Origin: Pseudomonas fluorescens
GTDB lineage: Bacteria > Pseudomonadota > Alphaproteobacteria > UBA2136 > UBA6156
Direction of reading: 5' to 3'
Assembly: GCA_003241595.1 (NCBI GenBank)
Contig: QFOU01000001.1
Location: forward strand, 2,757-66,756
Length of the DNA: 64,000 nt
This document shows positions 56,025-64,000 of the stretch, piece after piece (the stretch's first letter is position 1; every line of letters starts with the position of its first letter). A program made the position numbers and the translations under genes. The notes beneath the pieces are model-generated. The model had not been told where the DNA came from. It made no database searches and saw only the letters and a program-made list of their open reading frames with translations.

Positions 56025-57359
56025 TTAGAGGGAGAGGCCGGAGGCGGCGAGTTTCTCGGCAAGGATAGTGACCGAGATGCCGAGGAGATCGGCGGCGTAT
56101 TGCTTGTTGCCTTGGGTGTAATTGAGAGTGGCGACGAGGGTTTCGCGCTCGATCTCGGCGAGGCGTTTCGGCACGAAGACATTGGTGGCGCCTCCGCTGG
56201 CGTAGGCGGCCGCGGCCAAGGACGATGCGGCCGGCGTGATGCTGGCGCGGGCGTTCTCGTTATTGGTCTCCACATTCATGTGCTGGAGGGACATGGGCGA
56301 GAGAATAATGTGATCGGCCGTGATCTCGGTACCTTGGGGGCCGCAGAGCAGGATGGCGCGGTGGACGGTGTTCTCCAGCTCGCGGACGTTACCCTTCCAG
56401 TAGCAGTTGGTGAGCTTTTCGGCGGCCTGCGGCGAGAGTTTGGGCGTCGACTTGTAGCCGTTGGCGGCGGCGTATTTGGCGACGAAGTGATCGGCCAGCG
56501 GCACCACATCGGCAGGGCGCTCGCGCAGCGGCGGGAGGTCGAGCGAAACAACGCTGAGACGGAAGTAAAGATCTTCGCGGAATTTGCCTTCGGCGACATA
56601 GCTTTCGAGCTGCCGGTTGGTGGTGGCGATGAGGCGGATATCGACGGGTACGGGTTTATCGGCGCCGATGGGGTCGACGACCTTCTCCTGAATGGCGCGG
56701 AGGAGTTTGGCTTGCAGGGCGAGATCCATTTCGGAGATCTCATCCAGCAGCAGGGTGCCGCCGTGAGCTTGTTGGAACTTGCCCTTGCGGTCTGTCAGTG
56801 CGCCGCTGAAGGCCCCTTTGGTGTGACCGAAGAGTTCGGATTCCAGCAGATTTTCGGGAATGGCGGCACAGTTGACGGCAATGAACGGCTTGTTGGCGCG
56901 CGGGCTGTTGGCGTGGATGAAGGCGGCCATGACCTCCTTACCCGTTCCGCTTTCGCCACGCAGGAGCACAGTCGCGGTGGAGTTGGCGAACTGGCGCGCC
57001 TGCTCGTGCAGGGCTTTGCTCACCGGATCGGCGGCGATGGGGCCGCCCTTTGGCTCGGGAACCGCGAATTTCTCGATCAATGCGGAGAGCAGGCGGGGTT
57101 CGAGCGGTGTAGTGAGATACTCAATGGCCCCCAGACGGATGGCCTTGGCACCGGTGGCCGGTTGGGCCGGGCCTGCGGCGGCGACGGGGATGCTGAGGCG
57201 GTTGTCTTTCTGGAAGGACATCAACGCGGGAAGAATTTCCGGCGTGGTGAGGATGAGGCCGATGGTTTCGGAGGCGAGCGTCGCCTCGGCTTCGGCCAAC
57301 GTGCCGAAGGCCGTCGCGCGGGCGGAGGCGGGCAAGGTGAGGCCGAGGGCGATAATCAT
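56025..57359 (-). CDS. flbD: Sigma-54-dependent flagellar transcriptional activator (FlbD/FleR-like), degenerate receiver domain
   Basis: AAA+ sigma-54 interaction domain (GESGTGKE, GAFTGA-like ESELFGH.KGAFSGA). C-terminal Fis-type HTH. The N-terminal roughly 120 aa lack the canonical phospho-acceptor Asp context. Confidence 0.85.
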   Translation of the reverse strand: MIIALGLTLPASARATAFGTLAEAEATLASETIGLILTTPEILPALMSFQKDNRLSIPVAAAGPAQPATGAKAIRLGAIEYLTTPLEPRLLSALIEKFAVPEPKGGPIAADPVSKALHEQARQFANSTATVLLRGESGTGKEVMAAFIHANSPRANKPFIAVNCAAIPENLLESELFGHTKGAFSGALTDRKGKFQQAHGGTLLLDEISEMDLALQAKLLRAIQEKVVDPIGADKPVPVDIRLIATTNRQLESYVAEGKFREDLYFRLSVVSLDLPPLRERPADVVPLADHFVAKYAAANGYKSTPKLSPQAAEKLTNCYWKGNVRELENTVHRAILLCGPQGTEITADHIILSPMSLQHMNVETNNENARASITPAASSLAAAAYASGGATNVFVPKRLAEIERETLVATLNYTQGNKQYAADLLGISVTILAEKLAASGLSL

Positions 57360-57424
57360 GAGAATGACGATAAAGGAAAAAAGCGCAGCGGTGAAGCTAC
57401 GCCTGCGATTATTTGCGGGAATGT

Positions 57425-58189
57425 CTACTTAAAGACATTGATGCGCTGGGTGGGTTGCAAGAGGGCGTTGAGGTGCAGTTCCAGCTGGCGCGGGTTCTCC
57501 TGCTTACCGATGCTGAGCACGGCGGCCATGATGAGTTTGCGGGTGAGCAGGTCGTCGGCGCCGGTGCGTTCCAGTTTGGTGGCAATGGGAGTGAGGACAA
57601 CATAAGCCAGCACCGCGCCGTAGAAGGTGGTGAGAATGGCGATGGCCATGGCGGGACCGATGGTCGAGGGGTCGGATAGCGCGCCGAGCATTTGCACCAG
57701 ACCGATAAGGGTACCGATGAGACCCATGGACGGTGCCACCTCGGCAGCGCGGCGCAGCACCAGCAGGGCGCGCTCGTGGCGTTCCACCATGGTGATGGTA
57801 TCGTGGTAGAGCAGCTTTTCGATGGCGTCGACGGGGGCGCCATCCACCACCAAGCTAAGCGCCTGCTTGAGGAAGGGATGGGATTCGGCGCGCGCGTCTT
57901 CCTGAAGGGTCAGGTGCGTGCCGGAGCGAGCTTTTTGGGCCAGGGCAACCAGACGGCGGGCAAGTTTGGGAAATTCCGGATTATCGCCCATAAAGGCACG
58001 GCCGGTGGTGCTGACCGCACGCAGAACCTCGGACAGCGGGAATGATGTGAGAGTTACCGTGATGGTGCCGCCGATCACGATCAGGATGGCCGGCAAGTCG
58101 ATAAATGCGAGGAACGTACCGCCCAAGGCGATGGCGGTACCGAGCAGACCCAGCGAAAGCAGCAGGCCGATGAGGGTCATCGATTCCAT
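57425..58189 (-). CDS. motA: Flagellar motor stator protein MotA (MotA/TolQ/ExbB family)
   Basis: Four TM helices with the conserved C-terminal pair (GLIGTLIGLVQM, AIAILTTFYGAVLA). Embedded in the flagellar operon. Confidence 0.8.
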   Translation of the reverse strand: MESMTLIGLLLSLGLLGTAIALGGTFLAFIDLPAILIVIGGTITVTLTSFPLSEVLRAVSTTGRAFMGDNPEFPKLARRLVALAQKARSGTHLTLQEDARAESHPFLKQALSLVVDGAPVDAIEKLLYHDTITMVERHERALLVLRRAAEVAPSMGLIGTLIGLVQMLGALSDPSTIGPAMAIAILTTFYGAVLAYVVLTPIATKLERTGADDLLTRKLIMAAVLSIGKQENPRQLELHLNALLQPTQRINVFK

Positions 58190-58201
58190 CGCGGAGCGCC
58201 C

Positions 58202-58510
58202 TTAGGTTGCGGATTTCACAATTTCGGTCATGGTGACGCCGAGTTTGTCGTCGACGATCACGACTTCGCCACGCGCGACCAAGCGATCGTTCACGTAAAC
58301 GTCGATCGCATCGCCGACCTTGCGGTCGAGTTCCACCACCGCACCACGACCCAGTTTGAGCAGTTGCGAGATGTTCATGGCAGTTGTGCCGAGGACGGCC
58401 TTAACGGTCACGGGCACGTCGTAGACGGCTTCGAGGCCAGCTTCAGTACCCTTTACGCCGGTGTTGGCGTCGCCGAGGTCTTCCAGATTGAGGTTTTGCT
58501 TATCGTTCAT
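58202..58510 (-). CDS. fliN: Flagellar motor switch protein FliN
   Basis: 102 aa. SpoA-like C-terminus (LLKLGRGAVVELD...VYVNDRLVARGEVVIVDDKLGV). Confidence 0.9.
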   Translation of the reverse strand: MNDKQNLNLEDLGDANTGVKGTEAGLEAVYDVPVTVKAVLGTTAMNISQLLKLGRGAVVELDRKVGDAIDVYVNDRLVARGEVVIVDDKLGVTMTEIVKSAT

Positions 58511-58605
58511 CGCCGTATCAATTCTTTTGCCGGAGTTTAGCGATGAATGGCGGGGAAAGGAAGAGAGCCGCAGGAAAAAGTGGCAGTAACGACAACGGGG
58601 CGTGG

Positions 58606-59478
58606 CTATTTCAGCGCATCCACGAGGTCATCGTCATCGCCCAAAAGCGCGCGGGCACGTGCATCGGCGGCACGGCTGGCGGCCGTTTCGACATCATCGT
58701 GGGCCAGCGACGCAGCGGGAGCGGGTTCGGACTGAGCGGGTTGTGACGCGGGCGTTGCGGGCACAAATGGTGCGGGTTCAAGATCGGTACGGGTAGGAAT
58801 GGCCAGACTTTGCGCCCCGACCCCGGCCAGCAGGGTATCGACGGTCATGAGGTGCACGGCCAGCTTGCTTTCCGCACCGCCATTGGCCCATTGAATGACG
58901 GCATCGGTCTGGCCAAGGCTGCTATCGGTTTGCACGTGCATGGGCAGCCCCATGATGGAGGCTTGCGGCAGGCCGAGTTTTTCGTGGAAGCCGCGCGCGA
59001 CGGGGTGAATGTGCAAGGTGAGCGATTCATCGGACTTGACCAGTGGCAGCAGCTCGCGCAGGTGGTGTTCCAACAGCTCCGGCCCGAAGTGGGTGGCGGC
59101 ATGGCCGACCAAACGGTGCAGAGTTACGCGCAGCAGGCTCAGGCACTGATTCAGCAATTGCTCGTCGCGTTCGGTTTGCGCGTTTTGCAAGGCCATCAGC
59201 GTATTTTGCAGGTGTTGCTGCAATTGGGCGAGATCGGCCTGCGACTGCGCCATACCCTGAGACAGGCCTTCTGCCATACCGGCGGCGTGGCCTTCCTCGT
59301 ATCCCTGCTGGCGCTGCTCCTCGAGTTGCTCGCGCATTTGGGCGGGCGAGGTCGGCAACGGTTTGGAAACGGGCGCAGCGGGTGCGGCCCCCGGGGCGGC
59401 GTCTTGTCCACGGCCCGGCACGAGTTCAAAGAACTCGGTATCGAAGCCGAACTTGGTGTAGGGCGTGGACTGCGACAT
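58606..59478 (-). CDS. FliH-like flagellar assembly protein (FlbE/FliH position between fliG and fliN)
   Basis: Gene order fliF-fliG-X-fliN. Gln/Glu-rich coiled-coil N-half typical of FliH. Weak direct motif support. Confidence 0.45.
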   Translation of the reverse strand: MSQSTPYTKFGFDTEFFELVPGRGQDAAPGAAPAAPVSKPLPTSPAQMREQLEEQRQQGYEEGHAAGMAEGLSQGMAQSQADLAQLQQHLQNTLMALQNAQTERDEQLLNQCLSLLRVTLHRLVGHAATHFGPELLEHHLRELLPLVKSDESLTLHIHPVARGFHEKLGLPQASIMGLPMHVQTDSSLGQTDAVIQWANGGAESKLAVHLMTVDTLLAGVGAQSLAIPTRTDLEPAPFVPATPASQPAQSEPAPAASLAHDDVETAASRAADARARALLGDDDDLVDALK

Positions 59479-59502
59479 GTGACCTGAGAACCCGGGCTAC
59501 GC

Positions 59503-60516
59503 TTACGTGATGAACTCGTCCTGGCCTTCGCCACCGCTGGCAATGACGATGACGCCCTTGTCGGCCAGATTCTTGGCGACGGCCACGATCTTGAGTTGGG
59601 CTTCGTCCACATCCTTGACCTTGACGGGCCCCATGGCATCCATGTCCTCGCGCAGGATCTTGGCCGCACGTTCGGACATGTTCTTGAGGAATTTCTCGCG
59701 CATTTCCGGTTTGGCACCTTTGAGGGCGAGCGCCAGCACGTCTTTGTCGACATCGCGCAGGATGGTTTGGATCCCCTTGTCGTCGGTCTTCATAATATCG
59801 TCGAAGGTGAACATCAGTGCGCGGATACGTTCGGCATCGCCGGGGTGGTCGGTCTCGAGCATTCCCATGAAGCGTTGTTCATTCGAGCGGTCGAAGTTGT
59901 TGAAGATGTCGGCCATCAGTTCGTGGCTGTCGCGCGTGGTCTTCTGGGCGAGGTTACGCATGAACTCGCTCTTGAGGGAGTCTTCCACCGCCGCCAGCAC
60001 TTCGCGCGGGACGTTGTCCATCACCAGAATGCGCTCCATGACTTCCAGCGCCAGCTCTTGCGGCAGCACGGCCAGCACCTTGGCGGCGTGGCTGGCCTTA
60101 ATACGGCTGATGATGACGGCCACGGTTTGCGGATATTCGTTGATGAGGTAGCCGGCCAGCGTTTCTTCGTGCACGTTGGCGAGCTTTTCCCACATGGTAC
60201 GACCTGCCGGGCCGCGCATTTCGTCCATCAGCTCCTTCACGCGGTCTTCCTTCATGAAGCTGCGCAGGTAGCGTTCGGTGGTGCCCCAGCCGCCGACGAT
60301 ACCGCCTGCGCCGCCGCCGCCGACGGCCTCGGTGAAGTCGCCGAGTGCGGCTTCCATTTCTTCCGATGTGATATGACCGAGCACCGCCATTTCGCGCGAG
60401 ATATCGCGGATCTCGTAGTCATCCATGTAGGAGAACAGCTGGGCGGCGCGTTGTTCGCCCATGGCCAGCATCAGGATCGCGGCTTTGCGGGGACCAGTAA
60501 GAGCAGTTTTTGCCAT
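59503..60516 (-). CDS. fliG: Flagellar motor switch protein FliG
   Basis: 337 aa. Conserved MFTFDD and C-terminal torque-helix charged residues. Confidence 0.9.
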   Translation of the reverse strand: MAKTALTGPRKAAILMLAMGEQRAAQLFSYMDDYEIRDISREMAVLGHITSEEMEAALGDFTEAVGGGGAGGIVGGWGTTERYLRSFMKEDRVKELMDEMRGPAGRTMWEKLANVHEETLAGYLINEYPQTVAVIISRIKASHAAKVLAVLPQELALEVMERILVMDNVPREVLAAVEDSLKSEFMRNLAQKTTRDSHELMADIFNNFDRSNEQRFMGMLETDHPGDAERIRALMFTFDDIMKTDDKGIQTILRDVDKDVLALALKGAKPEMREKFLKNMSERAAKILREDMDAMGPVKVKDVDEAQLKIVAVAKNLADKGVIVIASGGEGQDEFIT

Positions 60517-60539
60517 AATCTTATCCTAACTCATTCCGC

Positions 60540-62189
60540 CTAGCTGTTGTCGGTGGGGACGCTGGCGCCCATCCAGTTACGGACCACGCCCAGGCTTTCT
60601 TCAGGGTATTGGTCGACGATCTCGTTCACCTTCTTCACGGCCGACTCCCGTACACGGCCTTGGACCGAGCGGATATCGATGAGCGAATTGTCCTCGCTGG
60701 CACTTTCGGCGAGGTCAGACCCGCCCATACCGGCCACCACAGGACCACCCATACCCCCGCCCATACCCGGCAGGAGTGCATTGGAGCCCCCGCTGGCCAG
60801 CGCGGTGTTAAACGCAGCCAGAGCCGGTTTGACGACAAAGAGCGCGACCACGACCAGTGCCACCACGATCAGGAGGTATTGCACCAGCGAGAGGATCTGG
60901 GCCTTGGTCAGGAAGGGTTCGGAGACTTCCGGCAGTTCGGCCGCCGGTGTGAACGGCATATCGATGATCTCGACCTTGTCGCCACGGCCTTCGTCGTAAC
61001 CGATCGCGGTTTGGACAAGGGTGAGGATGCGGTTGCGCTCATCTTCGGACAACGGCGTGTAGGCGGGCGCGGCGGCGGCCTCGGCAGCACCTTCGGCCGG
61101 GGCTGCGGCGGGAGCAGATTTGCCAGAGACCAGCACGGCGACGCTTAGCTTGCGGACATCGCCGCCATTGCGGGTGGTGCTGCGTACGGTTTTGGAAATT
61201 TCGTAGTTCGAGGTGGTTTCAGTGCGGGTTTCGTTGCTGCCACCACCACCGGCTGCGGCATCGGCATTTCCGCCCGGGATGTTACCCGCGACACCGGTGA
61301 CGCCACCATTACCGTTGGTTGCCGAGCTGTTGCTTTCGATCACCTGTTCGGAGCGTACGACCTGCTGGGTGGGGTCGTAGAGTTCGGCCTGCTCGGTGGA
61401 TTTATCCAGATTGAGGTCGGCGGTGACACGCACGACCGCGTTGCCCGCACCAACCACGCGTTCCAACATGGCGGAAATGGAGTCTTCGTAGCCCTTCTCG
61501 ACGCTACGACGGAGACTGCTGGCATTGCTGGCGGTGTCGTTCTGGCTCTTGCCATCGAACAGCAAGGTGCCGCGTTGGTCGATCACAGTAATATTGGCCG
61601 TGGAGAGGTTCGGCACCGCGGCTGCGACCAACTGGGCGATGCTTTGCACCTGCTCCGGCGCCAAAGTACGGCTGCCAAGGCTCAGAGCGATGGCGGCGCT
61701 GGGCGTGACCTGTTCGCGGCTAAAGAGGTTTTGTTTGGGTAATACAATGTGTACGCGTGCGCCACCGACCGCCGGAATGGTACCGATGGTGCGAGCGAGT
61801 TCGCCTTCCAAAGCGCGTTTGGCGTTCAGGTTGCTGACAAAGTTGGTGGTTCCGAAGCTGGACTGGTTATCGAACAGCTCGTAACCGGAAGTCGAACCGC
61901 CGACGAGGCCCTGACCTGCGATCTGGAGTCGGAGCTGGCCGACCTGAGTGGAGGGCACATAAACAGAGCCTTCGCCGCGGACTTCGGACGGAATATTCTG
62001 GGTGGCGAGGTATTCGTTGATGCGCGAGGCCTCTTGCGCATCGAGGCCACCATATAAGAGGGCCATGGTTGGCGCCTGGGCGCGATTGATCACGAGACTG
62101 GAAATAGCGATAACGGCAGCGATACCGATAAAGAGGGCCAGAATACGACCCGGACCGAGGCTACGAAAAGCGTTCAGCATCTGTTCCAT
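60540..62189 (-). CDS. fliF: Flagellar M-ring protein FliF
   Basis: 549 aa. N-terminal TM, large periplasmic ring-building-motif region, second TM, cytoplasmic FliG-binding C-terminus. Confidence 0.9.
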   Translation of the reverse strand: MEQMLNAFRSLGPGRILALFIGIAAVIAISSLVINRAQAPTMALLYGGLDAQEASRINEYLATQNIPSEVRGEGSVYVPSTQVGQLRLQIAGQGLVGGSTSGYELFDNQSSFGTTNFVSNLNAKRALEGELARTIGTIPAVGGARVHIVLPKQNLFSREQVTPSAAIALSLGSRTLAPEQVQSIAQLVAAAVPNLSTANITVIDQRGTLLFDGKSQNDTASNASSLRRSVEKGYEDSISAMLERVVGAGNAVVRVTADLNLDKSTEQAELYDPTQQVVRSEQVIESNSSATNGNGGVTGVAGNIPGGNADAAAGGGGSNETRTETTSNYEISKTVRSTTRNGGDVRKLSVAVLVSGKSAPAAAPAEGAAEAAAAPAYTPLSEDERNRILTLVQTAIGYDEGRGDKVEIIDMPFTPAAELPEVSEPFLTKAQILSLVQYLLIVVALVVVALFVVKPALAAFNTALASGGSNALLPGMGGGMGGPVVAGMGGSDLAESASEDNSLIDIRSVQGRVRESAVKKVNEIVDQYPEESLGVVRNWMGASVPTDNS

Positions 62190-62686
62190 GCGCGGTGTAT
62201 GGCTCCCTCTTGGCAGGCCCGACGGAACTTAAAGACGGGGACTGCATATTCTTATTGTTAGCGCCATTACTTACGCAAAGGGTATGGCTACATGCCAGAT
62301 GCCTTATTACTGCCGTACATCTCTCTCCCCCGCAAGGGGGTATATCTCATGTTTGTGGCAGGGATGCCGCAGGGGGAGGCAGGGAAATCTTGTAAGCCCC
62401 TGACAGCCTTCCCCTAGGGCTTGGGTTCGCACCCCTCCCCTGCCAACGGCCGGTCCGGCGGGTGTCAGGTGAGACATCGCAGCTTTTTTTGGCTGTTATC
62501 AAGGCGTGTCAGATTTTATCCCCTCTTGTCAGGAGCGATTTGCAGGGTTCAGGATAAGCACCTGTCGGACCTTGAGGAATAGGCTTTGAGGTTGGACGGA
62601 GGCTGGACGCCCTATACAAGTTTGGGCACAGTAACCCCTGCCGGCATGTAGCCGGTGAATTAACTCAAGTACGAGGACCATATATT

Positions 62687-64000
62687 ATGGCAATTACCTT
62701 TAACACCAACTTGGCCGCCCTTGGCGCTCAGCGTAACATCAGCAACTCGAGCAACGCTGCTTCGAGCTCGCTGAACAAGCTGTCTTCGGGTAGCCGCATT
62801 CCTACTGCTAAAGACGACGCTGCCGGTCTGGCCGTTGGTTCGAAGCTGAAGAGTGAAATCGCCGGTTTGACCCAAGCTGCTAACAACGCCGGTCAGGCCA
62901 CCTCCCTGCTGCAAATTGCTGACGGTGCTTTGTCCACCATCGGTGACGTTCTGCAACGTATGAAGACCCTGGCTGTACAATCCAGCTCCGGTCAGCTCGA
63001 CGACGCTTCCCGCAGCCTGCTGAACCAAGAATTTACCAACCTCAAGTCGGAAATCGACCGTGTAGCTGGTATCACCAACTTTAACGGTACCAAGCTGCTT
63101 TCCGGTACAACCACCACCACTGGTGCCGCCACTGCTTTGGGTAACGCCAACAACTTCGTACAAGTTGCTGACGGTTTCGAAAGCTTCAAGTTCGGTGAAA
63201 ACGCCGTAGCTGGTGCTGTTAAGATCGGTTACGTGGCTGCCACCCGCACCCTGACCGCTACCAACGTGGCTACCGGCGTAAGCCAGTCCATGGTTCTGGA
63301 CGGCGCTCCGATCCTGGAAGATGCCCCAGTCAAGGTTAACTTCAGCATGCTCGACATGGAAGTGACCCTGAACGAAGACTTCAGCAAGTCCACCAACATC
63401 ACTGGTGTAAACACCGCCACTCCGGCTGGTGGTACCTTGGCGATCACCGCTGGCACCATCACTGTAAGCAACCTTGTGCAGAACGCCGATAACCCGGTTG
63501 ACTTCACTGCTATCGCTGCTTCGACCGTAACCTGGACCGTGACCGACACCGGCGCTGCCACCGCTACGATCACCATCGATGGTCAGGCCTTCAACTCGGT
63601 AACGACTACCGACCTTGAAAGCACTGGTGCTAAGTCTGTTGTTCTGGCTGACGCCAACGGCAACTCGTTCACCCTCGGCTTCACCGTAGGTACGGCCGCT
63701 GACGACAGCGAAACTGCCTTGACGATGAACTTGGTTGAATTCGGTCAGTATGTGGGCGTAAACTCCACCAATACCGTTACTAAGGACTTCTCCTTTAAAG
63801 TAGGTACCGGTGTGACCGCCAACGACAACATCGCGTTCAGTGTTAACGCTGCGAACACCAAGGCCCTGGCCCTGGACACCAACACCATTAGCACCGCTGC
63901 CAATGCAGACGCTGCCATCGGTGCTGTGAACGCCGCGATTAGCGCGATTGCCAGCCGTCGAGCCGAAGTTGGTGCAAGCCAATCTCGTCTGGAATTTGCT
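62687..64000 (+). CDS. Flagellin (3'-partial; runs off window end)
   Basis: Manual translation gives MAITFNTNLAALGAQRNISNSSNAASSSLNKLSSGSRIPTAKDDAAGLAVGS... and ends in ...SRRAEVGASQSRLEF (conserved D0/D1 N- and C-terminal helices). GAGGA SD 8 nt upstream. Absent from the ORF track because there is no in-window stop. The listed 62660-63982 minus ORF is its antisense shadow. Confidence 0.88.
   Translation, partial: MAITFNTNLAALGAQRNISNSSNAASSSLNKLSSGSRIPTAKDDAAGLAVGSKLKSEIAGLTQAANNAGQATSLLQIADGALSTIGDVLQRMKTLAVQSSSGQLDDASRSLLNQEFTNLKSEIDRVAGITNFNGTKLLSGTTTTTGAATALGNANNFVQVADGFESFKFGENAVAGAVKIGYVAATRTLTATNVATGVSQSMVLDGAPILEDAPVKVNFSMLDMEVTLNEDFSKSTNITGVNTATPAGGTLAITAGTITVSNLVQNADNPVDFTAIAASTVTWTVTDTGAATATITIDGQAFNSVTTTDLESTGAKSVVLADANGNSFTLGFTVGTAADDSETALTMNLVEFGQYVGVNSTNTVTKDFSFKVGTGVTANDNIAFSVNAANTKALALDTNTISTAANADAAIGAVNAAISAIASRRAEVGASQSRLEFA

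Noticed and set aside
56025-57430. Upstream extension of flbD to recover a canonical receiver domain
   Set aside because: An in-frame TAA lies 24 codons upstream of the ATG at 57359 with no alternative start codon between them. The short N-terminal domain is therefore genuine rather than a mis-called start.
62190-62686. Sigma-54 (GG-N10-GC) promoter for flagellin, as in Caulobacter
   Set aside because: The best candidate (TGGGCACAGTAACCCCTGC) has the wrong GG-to-GC spacing (12-13 nt instead of 10). Nothing convincing was found by eye. A matrix scan is needed.
62660-63982. 440 aa minus-strand ORF
   Set aside because: It is exactly antisense to the flagellin gene, whose conserved N- and C-terminal helices translate cleanly on the plus strand from 62687. 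The minus ORF is Gly/Val/Ser-rich with no motif.

Overview
A 64 kb, roughly 60% GC chromosomal segment that looks alphaproteobacterial. The assignment rests on an FlbD-type sigma-54 flagellar regulator, alpha-type flagellin, MurJ, and the dnaA-dnaN-recF gene order. Most of it is housekeeping backbone. Identifiable blocks, left to right: (1) a complete type I secretion operon (giant RTX repeat substrate, HlyB-like ABC exporter with an N-terminal C39-like domain, HlyD-type adaptor), followed by a lower-GC secreted Cys-rich protein. (2) DUF1275, the actP/DUF485 acetate permease pair, AsmA, pyruvate kinase, an M29 aminopeptidase, tRNA-Ser(GGA), an apparently orphan coxB, rsmE and a PfkB kinase. 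(3) An 828 bp AT-rich ORF-free tract followed by a lower-GC GT4 glycosyltransferase islet. (4) LysM protein, family-5 SBP, infC (non-AUG start), a small SD/terminator-bounded Lys-rich ORF, an amidohydrolase-like gene, thrS, pip and an MnmC-type methyltransferase. (5) A very AT-rich, roughly 1.1 kb islet next to the 3' end of tRNA-Arg(CCT), carrying a DUF4238-like gene and a lower-GC OafA-type acyltransferase. It is followed by a metallophosphoesterase, an SNase-like nuclease, mutS, murJ, SURF1 and an AI-2E transporter. (6) The replication-origin-proximal block NADAR-recF-dnaN-dnaA-rpsT. (7) Two tandem DsbA-like oxidoreductases. (8) A class-II flagellar cluster (flhA, flbD, motA, fliN, fliH-like, fliG, fliF) with a divergent flagellin gene that runs off the 3' end. 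No CRISPR array, transposase or integrase was seen. Many long ORFs in the six-frame track are antisense artefacts of GC-rich coding DNA. The strongest candidates for something undescribed are the tRNA-adjacent AT-rich DUF4238 islet and the small Lys-rich gene wedged between thrS and infC. All calls come from reading the sequence by eye and need homology-search confirmation.
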